Positions 18,123 through 26,289 of a DNA stretch of 32,000 nucleotides are shown here, piece after piece (the first letter of the stretch is position 1; each line of letters starts with the position of its first letter). The position numbers and the translations under genes were made by a program. The DNA is from Ostreococcus tauri. Lineage: Eukaryota. Location of the stretch: assembly GCA_000214015.2 (NCBI GenBank), contig CAID01000002.2:100624-132623 (forward strand), read 5' to 3'. The notes under the pieces are model-generated. The model saw only the letters and a program-made list of their open reading frames with translations. It searched no databases and was not told where the DNA came from.

Positions 18123-20036
18123 ATGCGAAAGAACGAGCTGAGCCAGACGGAGACGTCCGTGAGTTATCGCATACTGCACGAAAGCGCAGCAGGGGAGTGC
18201 TGCGCTAACTGCCTCGGGCGATTGAAAGCGACTCGTGAATTCAACACTGAAGCGCAAGGCGTGAGGCATGATATGACGAATGTTCTTCTCTGTCCACGGG
18301 GTCATAGTTGCAGAGAGGTATTTTGCTCAACAGACTGTGTCAGACGTGCACTAGAAGTAAGTGACCGCAGTGTCTATGGATGGCACTCCTTCGTGTGCGA
18401 AAACGATTTAACGGAGTTTTATCAGTATGCTCGCCAATCGAATGAGAGTTTTCTAATCGCTGCCAAAGTACTGGCTAGACTTGCGGCGGCTAACATGGCT
18501 GGATACCCTGCACTGCAGTTGAAGTCTTCCTTTCTTGAGCAGTTTCAACTGAGTCATTCATGGCCTGAGGTCGCCGCCCGATCCCTCTTTGAAAGTCGCG
18601 TGAACTATCCAGAATTCGTCGAGCGCATCAAAGAATCTGAAGATCAAATCAGAGATGTATGGGAACTCCTCTCTACACATTTCAGCAACTTGTCTGAACT
18701 TGGACGGTGTGGTCGCGAACTTGTCCAACTCTTAAACTTACATATGTACACAGACATATTAGCGTGTACGCAAAGGTTTGTATGCGCTTTTAGTACTGCA
18801 AAAGTCTTAAGGAAGCGGAAGAGATCGGTAGATGCAAAAACGAAATATGCTGGTCATCAGCAGACCCAGTCATATTTTCCGGGAACTATCATTTCTTGCT
18901 CTCCGTATGAGACGGGTCTATATTCTCAACACAAGCCGACAAAGATGGAGTACTCTGGACTTTTGCTGTCATCAACACTTGGGAAGTTCGAGCACAGTTG
19001 CATACCGAACGTGCAGATTGAAGTGAGTTTAAGCCTTTGTGCTGCTCCGTGTGAGTATGTCGCCCTACGAGATATTGGAATCCAGGAGCGTAAGACTATG
19101 GCACATGTCCCTCTCGTTTCAAGCATAAGCCATCGGGAACAACTTATTCTGAAAAGAAATGGTAAAATATGTAGGTGCTGGCGGTGCTCATGGGAACGAG
19201 AAGAGTTTCAGCAGGTCTCATGCGAACAAATGAAGCTCCTGGCGTATCAAGCACAGGAAGAAGGTCGAAATTCGGATGCAGAGGTGTTGTTGTACTGTGC
19301 GCTAACTCTTCGACCCCAAGATCCTGATACTCTTCATTCTTACGGTGTGACGCTTCTTAATCAGGGGAAATGGGGTCAAGCTCACGATATCTGGCGGCGA
19401 GCCTTTCAGCTCAACAGAACTCACCATTGGCTATCAAAGCAGGCAGTGAAAGATCAGTTGTATGCTGCGCGAAGCGATGAGTCATTATTTTTTGCTTCAT
19501 TTAGGACTATAGCAGTGGATGAAATCTATCTCACAACGAGCGGTCCACTTGCTGCAGTTTGCCCAAGCTGGGTAGAGGCTGCTGAAAGTGTAGCTAGGTC
19601 TAGAGGAGGTTGGGATACGGCTCGCCATAAGGCAGTACCGACAACTGATCTCCCTATACATGAAATACCTGGTGTCATGGAGCAATGGAATCGCCTTTTT
19701 AGTGTGGTTATTAGTCCTTTCATAAGAGACAGGTTCAGGCTACCCACTAGTTTTGGCACACTGTATGTTCATGACGCATTTGTCGTCAAATACAATGCCA
19801 ACGAAGGACAGCGAGAGCTACCCGTACACACCGATCAAGGTCAGTTTTCTTTGACCCTCGCTTTGCATGATACGCAGGATTATTCGGGCGGTGGAACTAT
19901 TTTCCCTGAGCATGAATGCATTGTGCGGCCGAGGTGTGGAGATTTTGTCGCTTTCAGAAGTTCGCTAACTCACGGTGGGGTGCCGATCACGGCTGGCGTT
20001 AGATATATTGTTGTTGCGTTTCTTTACTACGCCTAA
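18123..20036 (+). CDS. Fusion protein: SMYD-like SET-domain methyltransferase + TPR-like region + C-terminal 2OG/Fe(II) oxygenase (P4H-like)
   Basis: Uninterrupted ORF with its first ATG at 18123 (637 aa). The N-terminus has a Cys-rich insert (CCANCLGRL...LLCPRGHSCREVFCSTDCVRRA). The SET core has FEHSCIPN (18987-19010), followed by ALRDIG and a post-SET CRCWRC (19170-19187). A TPR-like stretch follows (LLAYQAQEEGRNSDAEVLLYCALTLRPQDPDTLHSYGVTLLNQGKWGQAHDIWRRAFQLN). The C-terminal double-stranded beta-helix motifs are LPVHTDQ (H-x-D, 19827-19835), YSGGGTIFP, FRSSLTHGGVP (distal His 19971-19973) and GVRYIVVAFLY. Confidence 0.6.
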   Translation: MRKNELSQTETSVSYRILHESAAGECCANCLGRLKATREFNTEAQGVRHDMTNVLLCPRGHSCREVFCSTDCVRRALEVSDRSVYGWHSFVCENDLTEFYQYARQSNESFLIAAKVLARLAAANMAGYPALQLKSSFLEQFQLSHSWPEVAARSLFESRVNYPEFVERIKESEDQIRDVWELLSTHFSNLSELGRCGRELVQLLNLHMYTDILACTQRFVCAFSTAKVLRKRKRSVDAKTKYAGHQQTQSYFPGTIISCSPYETGLYSQHKPTKMEYSGLLLSSTLGKFEHSCIPNVQIEVSLSLCAAPCEYVALRDIGIQERKTMAHVPLVSSISHREQLILKRNGKICRCWRCSWEREEFQQVSCEQMKLLAYQAQEEGRNSDAEVLLYCALTLRPQDPDTLHSYGVTLLNQGKWGQAHDIWRRAFQLNRTHHWLSKQAVKDQLYAARSDESLFFASFRTIAVDEIYLTTSGPLAAVCPSWVEAAESVARSRGGWDTARHKAVPTTDLPIHEIPGVMEQWNRLFSVVISPFIRDRFRLPTSFGTLYVHDAFVVKYNANEGQRELPVHTDQGQFSLTLALHDTQDYSGGGTIFPEHECIVRPRCGDFVAFRSSLTHGGVPITAGVRYIVVAFLYYA

Positions 20037-20145
20037 GTATCCATCCTGTTCATCATCTTGATCGGTTTCTGCAATTTGCGCGAGTTTTTGCCGCTTATGA
20101 AATTCGACTCCCAAAAATAGTGTTTTTTTGTGATCGGGGATGCAC

Positions 20146-20179
20146 GGCGTACCCTATTTCGGCCGAAATAGGGTACGCC
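20146..20179. repeat. 34-bp perfect palindrome
   Basis: GGCGTACCCTATTTCGG|CCGAAATAGGGTACGCC: the two 17-nt halves are exact reverse complements with no spacer. A third partial copy, CTACCCTATTTC, follows at about 20193-20204. Confidence 0.85.
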
Positions 20180-20292
20180 GCGCACGCAATTCTACCCTAT
20201 TTCTTTTTTTTCGATTGGGTCGTGACCAAGGACAATCCCACACCTCAGTGTGAGGTCAAAAGTGTGATACAGTCACACACACACACACTTTT

Positions 20293-20375
20293 CCACGTCG
20301 AGGGTCGACCCCCTCTCCTCAATCATCAGTCCTCATTCGTCAACTAAACCCTAGAACTGCCCGTTTTTTCGGGCC
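20293..20375 (+). repeat. Dispersed ~80-bp repeat unit (second copy at 7720-7795, reverse orientation)
   Basis: CCACGTCGAGGGTCGACC...GTCCTCATTCGTCAACTAAACCCTAGAACTGCCCGTTTTTTCGGGCC matches the reverse complement of 7720-7795 (...GTCCTCATTCGTAAACTAAACCCTAGATTTGCCCGTTTTTTCGGACC). It contains a telomere-like AAACCCTA core and is preceded by a (CA)n run at about 20277-20287. Confidence 0.6.
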
Positions 20376-20574
20376 GGCGCGCTGTTGTGCGTGAAGGGCA
20401 ATACCCGACGCTCACGTTTCGACTCCACGCCGTTCGTTTCGCACCCAAGTATACTTGACGAGCCCGATAGTCTGGTGCGCGAACACTTAGAACGCCAGCC
20501 TACATCGAAGGATTCCTGCGCTCGTTTCATACAAGTTAAAGGTCGACGCAGTAGTTGGAGCGTGCGAGGATCAA

Positions 20575-20990
20575 ATGTCGTGTACGACTGCAGACACGCG
20601 CTTTCTGCTGAAGAAGGCGAGTGCTCCCATCGGAAATCTTATTGAGTACATTGCTGAAGTGAACCTCGTAGTGGTCAGCGGTAGCTGTCTGGTCCTGGTC
20701 AATTTGCACGGACACTTGTGCCATCTGTAGGAACAGTCTTCACGAAGGGAGCATTGAATACCAAGCAAACCCAGCTGCATCATCCGATGACGGTCTCAGC
20801 ATTGCGTGGGGTAACTGTGGACATGTTTTCCATCTCGATTGTATCTCGAAATGGCTAAGGACACGCAGTAACTGTCCACTTTGCGTACGTTGCTTATAGA
20901 CACAAGTGTTCTTCCTACTTACACGTTTTCTACCTCTAGAACAAAGAATGGGAGTTCTCCAAGGTTGAAAAGGTGCTCAATTTCATCTAA
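20575..20990 (+). CDS. RBX1: RING-box protein RBX1/ROC1 (cullin-RING ligase subunit), 3 exons
   Basis: Exons are 20575-20616, 20672-20884 and 20940-20990. Translation: MSCTTADTRFLLKK|WSAVAVWSWSICTDTCAICRNSLHEGSIEYQANPAASSDDGLSIAWGNCGHVFHLDCISKWLRTRSNCPLC|NKEWEFSKVEKVLNFI*. It is colinear with human RBX1 ([27 protein letters not shown]...CIECQAN...[33 protein letters not shown]). Both introns are 55 nt. The second is GTACGT...CTCTAG. The first must begin GCGAGT, making it GC-AG. Confidence 0.85.
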
Positions 20991-21085
20991 TAACTTCGAT
21001 CGGTACTAACATGTTTTGATAGATACAACTGCCCGCACTTGGGCTTGATAGATAACCGACAACGGTCACCAGCGACAACCACACC

Positions 21086-21817
21086 TCATGATACCTTTGA
21101 AGCCAACAGTTCGTTGAAGTTATCCATAGCTGCGCAGGTGAAGCGTCTTATCGAATTGAATTCCGAGCACGCCGTCTCAGATGGCAGTCGATAGCCCTAG
21201 CAAAGTTTTGAAAATAGCTTCTTGTTTAACTGTTGTGATTAGACTTACCTCCTCGATCGTTTCCCGCATAGTATCATGCCGGAGTAAACGGAATGCTCTG
21301 CGTATTTTACTCTGCCTAAGAGAAAGGATATGCTCCTCGTCAATGGATTAGCTTCGTGCGGTTCGAGTGAATCAACACATTTACCAAGTGCACGTGCATA
21401 GACATATCTTCTGTAACATATTTTGAAATACAACGAGCTTGCTCGATGAAATATTGAGGTAATGGCTTTTGAACGAATATCAATACGAAAGTAGAAACGA
21501 GTGAATCTTACTAACCTGAAATCCCTTCGTATCCGTTTTTTCGTTTTTTTGGGTTGCCAACACGCTCTCTGCTGCAAACCAGTCTCCAAGCTCAACAGTA
21601 CATTTCCCATTCTCGTTCAGCGCAAGGGCGAGCCAACATGGCACAAGAACCGGAACGTTGGGCATGAACGGTCCAAACTGTTCGTTTGTATTATATTAGG
21701 CATTGAATACGGTCGCGTTATAAAGAAGCGCACTTCATCTGCCAAGAAGGGAACTCTCTGGTCAAGCAGGGTCAGACTGTTTGCACTAAACTGGCCAGAA
21801 AAACGCTCACGTCGCAT
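21086..21817 (-). CDS. PSF2: GINS complex subunit PSF2 homolog; reading frame interrupted twice (possible pseudogene or local assembly indels)
   Basis: ATG at 21817. Segments colinear with PSF2 are as follows. The first is ...VPFLADEVRFFITRPYSMPNIIQT (frame A). The second is NEQFGPFMPNVPVLVPCWLALALNENGKCTVELGDWF...TKGFQ (frame B). A 50-nt intron follows (21466-21515, GTTAGT...CAAAAG). The third is PLPQYFIEQARCISKYVTEDMSMHVHLVNVLIHSNRTKLI, which runs into a TGA at 21340-21342. The fourth is IDEEHILSLRQSKIRRAFRLLRHDTMRETIEE (frame C). It ends exactly at a GTAAGT donor, with a 52-nt intron at 21197-21248. A last exon runs to TGA at 21086-21088. For comparison, human PSF2 has [60 protein letters not shown] and ...IRTLVKDMWDTRIAKLR. 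Confidence 0.55.
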
Positions 21818-22137
21818 CGGAATCGCGGCAATATTTGGACCATTGTGTCCTGTGCCACGTACGATGTTTCCTATACAAAGGCATCAACTTGGTCAAGCAC
21901 GTGTCTTCAGCAAGTTACCTCGGGTTTAAACGTTCGTTCAAACGACATCTCGTGGTCCGGATCGGCCGAAACGTTTCGAGATCTTCGTGGTGGATGAAAC
22001 GATCCGGCAGTAATGTACCAACGACGCGCTATCGACGGGATTCGCTTCCCGGCGACGCCTTCGAGTTTTGAAACGTTCAGCTCTTCTCCTCACACCAACG
22101 GACGTCAACACCGGGTAGGGTGAGCGGCGTAAGGCGA

Positions 22138-22265
22138 GGGGCGTGGCTAAATCTCAGGCTGAAGTAACTATTTTTTCATTTTATACATATATTGTAAGCT
22201 TAAGGTCATATTGGTGGTCTCGACTTAGCGTGTTCGATGCGTAAAGATCTGAGGTTTACTACTAA
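22138..22265. repeat. Solo TIR of the 7900-9204 element abutting copy 2 of the TGTAAGCTTAAGG repeat
   Basis: GGGGCGTGGCTAAATCTCAGGCTGAAGTAAC (22138-22168) matches the 39-bp terminus at 7900. It is followed at 22193 by TGTAAGCTTAAGGTCATATTGGTGGTCTCGACTTAGCGTGTTCGATGCGTAAAGATCTG. Both lie in the PSF2-RFC1 divergent spacer. Confidence 0.6.
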
Positions 22266-22502
22266 TAACCTACGCGACTATACGTACCTAAATCGACTGG
22301 GTACAAACTGTTTGCTCATACAAAATGCCTGGTACACCGGTACGCTGGTACAGTACCAGGTGCAGCAGGCCTAATCTAGGACTGCTTGAAATGCCCGGCC
22401 TTATCGATTCTGTTCAGTTTGGTAAAACACGACGCGTACTAAGAGTTTACGCAGCAACATCGCGTGTTCTAACTGGCGACCTCTGTAGAAAAGTCCTCCT
22501 AC

Positions 22503-24164
22503 ATGAATGACAGCGCCAAAGCAGATGTTAAGTCGAGTCTGCAAAGGTTGAGCGAAGGACTAGACTTGAGTTCTAGATCTTCCGCAAGCAACCGGGTGAG
22601 CGGCAACAAGAGGGCTAGTTCTACGGAAAATCTAAGGATTAAAGTTGCTCGCATCTTATCAAATCAACACGCCACCGAAGATAGTGTAGAGCGGCTCTGG
22701 ACTGACGAATTTTCCCCTAGAACTGTTACTGATTTAGTTGGTAACAGTAGTGCCATCAATGTGCTTCGTTCCTGGCTTTTACAATGGTCAGCTAGAAAAT
22801 TTAACGTACAGTTGAAAGGACAGGACAGGAAATGTATTTTAATTAGTGGACCACCTGGAGTTGGCAAAACAACTACGGCAGTGCTGTTGTGCAAAGAACT
22901 TGGTTTGCAGACGTTGAACATCAACGCCAGCGATTCTAGGGGTAAGTCTGGGAAGGTAGTTGATGGTATAGCGGGTACTTTAGCGAGTGCAGTGCGGGAA
23001 TTTGTGACGAACAAGTGTATTGGTTCCGACTCTGAGCAAACTGTGAGATCCGCTCTCATAATGGATGAAGTTGACGGCATGGCGGGTGGTGACCGAGGTG
23101 GTCTTTCGGAGTTAATTGACATCATTAAACAGACGCGCATCCCAATAATATGCATCTGCAATGATCGTTATTCACAAAAGTTGAAGACTCTGGCAAACTA
23201 TTGCGTCGATCTGCCTTTTCAACGACCAAATAAACTCCAAATTCGAAAGTATGTGGTGCAGCTTGCGAACTCTAAGCGTCTACAAATCGACCAGGATTCG
23301 GTAGATAGCCTAATTGAAGCGAATAATAATGACTTGCGATCAATCATAAATCAGTTGCAACTTTGGAGTATGGGCGCAATACTCGAATCAAAAGAAACAA
23401 GTAGGGTGAAGAAAGATGTCTCTCTCGGTGTTTTTCAAGCAATTGATGTCATGTTTCGACCGTCCGTTCATGGCACGCTCGATGCTAGATTAAGTCTGAG
23501 CTTTACACATGGAGATCTTTTATCCTTGTTTGTGCATGAGAATTATCCGTGCATGCGACCAAAGGATAGCGTCAGTGACTTGCAGCGACTTGTCCACATG
23601 GCGGCAGCGGCTTCACGTGTTTCGGAGGGGGACGTGTTCGCGAGTACTATTAGTAGGACGCAAAACTGGAGTATTCTACCATCGGCCAATGTTATTGCAT
23701 CTGTCTTGCCATCTTCGGCTGTTTCTGGTGCCAGAGAAATATCTGCTCAGGGAGAACGTAACACTCATCGGTTTCCGAGTTGTTTGGGTAGGATATCGAG
23801 TAAGTCGAAGTCACAACGTCTTTTGCACAAGACGCATATGCATGTTTGTGCAAGTGGTATACTTCGTACTAGCGCACGGGAATTCTGTTTAAGATATATG
23901 AACCTGGTGAGAAGATTGCTGACCCTGCCTCTTTTTAGTGAAGCTCGTGGCGGCAAAGAACTAGCAGGCGTAGAAAATGTGCTTGATTTTATGCATACTT
24001 ACCACTTCACGAGGGAGGACTGGGATGATATTCAAATTTTCACAAGACTATCAGGAAAGGGTCCCTTGTTTGAAAGTCCTGGCGCACAAATACATACGTC
24101 GGTGAAGGCAGCGTTCACAAGAGCTTGTAAACACAGTCTGAGCTTGAGCACGAAAGCGACTTGA
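22503..24164 (+). CDS. RFC1: Replication factor C large subunit (RFC1)-like AAA+ protein without the N-terminal BRCT region
   Basis: Uninterrupted 553-aa ORF starting at ATG 22503, with an in-frame TAA at 22470-22472 upstream. RFC1-specific blocks are LWTDEFSPRTVTDLVGN (RFC box II), ILISGPPGVGKTTTA (Walker A, about 22848-22874) and NASDSRGK. Further blocks are IMDEVDGMAGGDRGGLSELIDIIKQTRIPIICICNDRYSQKLKTLANYCVDLPFQRP and a C-terminal RFC1-type region (SLFVHENYP). Confidence 0.75.
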   Translation: MNDSAKADVKSSLQRLSEGLDLSSRSSASNRVSGNKRASSTENLRIKVARILSNQHATEDSVERLWTDEFSPRTVTDLVGNSSAINVLRSWLLQWSARKFNVQLKGQDRKCILISGPPGVGKTTTAVLLCKELGLQTLNINASDSRGKSGKVVDGIAGTLASAVREFVTNKCIGSDSEQTVRSALIMDEVDGMAGGDRGGLSELIDIIKQTRIPIICICNDRYSQKLKTLANYCVDLPFQRPNKLQIRKYVVQLANSKRLQIDQDSVDSLIEANNNDLRSIINQLQLWSMGAILESKETSRVKKDVSLGVFQAIDVMFRPSVHGTLDARLSLSFTHGDLLSLFVHENYPCMRPKDSVSDLQRLVHMAAAASRVSEGDVFASTISRTQNWSILPSANVIASVLPSSAVSGAREISAQGERNTHRFPSCLGRISSKSKSQRLLHKTHMHVCASGILRTSAREFCLRYMNLVRRLLTLPLFSEARGGKELAGVENVLDFMHTYHFTREDWDDIQIFTRLSGKGPLFESPGAQIHTSVKAAFTRACKHSLSLSTKAT

Positions 24165-25242
24165 AGGGGGGGGGTTCGGCACGCAAACGTGCTCACATGG
24201 CAAAGATCATCACAACTGTGGTTCTTTAATATGAAACAATCAATTTACAACGAACTCACGGCCAAATCGGATATCCTCTTCTACTGACAGAAAAATTATC
24301 GCCATAACTCTTGGGCCTGTGGACTTCTCGAACTCCTGGTAAAATTGAGTTATGAAAGTGCGCTTTGCGCAGCGGAGAGACACAGACAAACTCGATATTA
24401 CCATGGCGAATGCTATCTGCGGGAGAAGTGTTCCTTCCTGTTTGGTTCAATCGGTCAGCACTACCTGTGCTGGTCCAACCCTGCAGTGCGTTGGTCCACG
24501 TGGGAAATGGTGAGCATTGACGCCACTCAGCTGTGCTCGACGGTTGGAATGTCTCCGGCGAGTTCACCTTGAACATCTTATCCAATTATGTCAGGAAAGA
24601 AAGAGAGGAGACTTAACGACATACACCGGTTGAAAAATAGCGTATCGTTCGCCCGATCGAGACCGCGACTTCCTTACGGAGAGTTTGCATCGTTCGCCGC
24701 GCCGTTATGCGCGAGTTCTAAAGAACGTCGAGGAACAGTACCCAGTAGAATCAGATCGAAGCTCGGTGGCAGCCTCTCACGAGTGCGCCTAGCTCGTGGC
24801 ATAGTGACGATTGTTCCCTCCTGAGGTGACACCGGCGTCACATGGGAAATCATAGGGTTCTTGTGCCAGCTGGGGTGGGAATCCGGGAATTTTCACTACT
24901 GTCCTCCATATCATGGGGAACTTGATGGTCTGTGACTCGTCAAGAATCAAACTTTAATTTTTATCGCGGATTAAAAGATTTTACATATACTTGTGAAGCG
25001 CCACAGTATTTTACATGTCGAAAAAAACGTGCGTGCGCGAACTTTTGAACTTTTTTGTCGGGGCAGAGTGTGAGCATGAGAGCTCAGGGAAGGACTGGAC
25101 TCCTCCTTGAGCGTCTTCGTAGCTCAAAGGGCTCGTCGTCGTCGCTCGACATGTCGCTGATTCCTTCTCACGGTGAGACGAAACTAAAACCTTTTCCCAC
25201 TCTCAAGTCGCTGTTCGGGTTCACTCAAGCGCTCTCTCGAGC

Positions 25243-26223
25243 ATGAGTCCTGGACAGGCGTTATCTTGCGCGGCGTCGGCGGTGCCCCGATCGTCTCCTA
25301 GAGCGCGAGCGCGCGGCGCGGCGACGGCTTCTGATCCGAAACGCCCGGAGATCGGCGCGAGGCGCCGACGTGCTCGTTCGCCGACGCGCGCGACCTCGGA
25401 AGTGAACGCGAGCACCGAGAGCGAGAAAGGCTCGACGAATGGCTCGATCTCGGCGCGTTCGTCGGCTCGCGTGCACGTGCGCGTGGCGGACACACGCGCG
25501 AGAGCCGAGGCGGCGGCACGCGTGTGCGGCGTTGCCTTCGCGCAGGAGACGCGCGCATTCAAGGGCGCGCGCGACGACAAACGACGAAGCGTATCGGAAG
25601 ATGCAGCGAGTAGCTCGGGAGGTTTCTCAGGGACTGACTTCGTGGACGACGTGGTGGATTGGGTAGGAAGCAAGTTGGACGACTGGTATGCGTCGTCCAT
25701 CACGAAGGAGCTCGCGCACTTGACGACGTTTCACATTGAGGAGCGAAAGAGAGCGGGAGAGGAGCTCAGACGAACGGAACTTCCGAGCAGTGAGAGTAAT
25801 AATGTACGGAAGAATCGACTGCGTGCGAAGCGTCAGTGTCTGACGCTCATCTCGCGGTTCGAGGAGGGAGGCGGCTGCGAGGGTTGGATCGGAAGTGCAA
25901 CGTTACGCGTGTGCACCCCCGAGGCGCTCCTTCCCGAGCCGTTTCCATCGATTAAACCTCGAGTACCATACGTGAGCAATGTCGCCGTCAGAGCTGAGGC
26001 TCGCGGTCGAGGTGCGGCGAGCTCGATGTTAGATAAGTGCGAGAGAGCCGCTCGCTCCTGGGGATACGACCACCTGTGGCTTCACGTGGACGTCTGTAAC
26101 CAGAGTGCGCGCGCGATGTACGAGCGTCGAGGATACGTCGTATACGGTGAAGATCCATGGTGGTACGGTTTCGGCGGCATTCTTGGTCCGAGACGCGTCT
26201 TACTCAGGAAATGCGTGGTGTAA
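25243..26223 (+). CDS. GNAT-family N-acetyltransferase with long Ala/Arg/Ser-rich N-terminal extension
   Basis: Uninterrupted 326-aa ORF starting at ATG 25243. The C-terminal GNAT motif A region is YVSNVAVRAEARGRGAASSMLDKCERAARSWGYDHLWLHVDVCNQSARAMYERRGYVV. The first ~130 aa are low-complexity and transit-peptide-like (RARARGAATASDPKRPEIGARRRRARSPTRA...). The opposite-strand ORFs here are shadows of the GC-rich low-complexity region. Confidence 0.65.
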   Translation: MSPGQALSCAASAVPRSSPRARARGAATASDPKRPEIGARRRRARSPTRATSEVNASTESEKGSTNGSISARSSARVHVRVADTRARAEAAARVCGVAFAQETRAFKGARDDKRRSVSEDAASSSGGFSGTDFVDDVVDWVGSKLDDWYASSITKELAHLTTFHIEERKRAGEELRRTELPSSESNNVRKNRLRAKRQCLTLISRFEEGGGCEGWIGSATLRVCTPEALLPEPFPSIKPRVPYVSNVAVRAEARGRGAASSMLDKCERAARSWGYDHLWLHVDVCNQSARAMYERRGYVVYGEDPWWYGFGGILGPRRVLLRKCVV

Positions 26224-26289
26224 TAAGTAATATCCATTCGAGCGCTCCTCTGTCGCCTCGGACACTAACCCCACTCTCGCGTCTCCAAG

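Noticed and set aside
22432-22437. ACGCGT (MCB-like) 66 bp upstream of the RFC1 ATG, and ACGCGTTTCCCGCGC (MCB plus E2F-like) at 1712-1726 upstream of UTP18, as cell-cycle promoter elements.
   Set aside because: ACGCGT occurs many times in the window, including inside coding regions (for example near 672, 1849, 14418, 26194 and 27044). A single occurrence therefore carries little information without genome-wide enrichment statistics.
24180-25240. ORFs of 63-109 aa on both strands between RFC1 and the GNAT gene. One (24256-24585, minus) has vague cupin/DUF861-like W..C..FP.W spacing, and one (24345-24572, plus) has CCCH-like spacing.
   Set aside because: The motif matches are weak and partial, the composition looks non-coding (Ser/Thr/Pro/Arg/Trp-rich), and no consistent exon chain could be built. 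A small spliced gene may exist here, but I cannot support a model.
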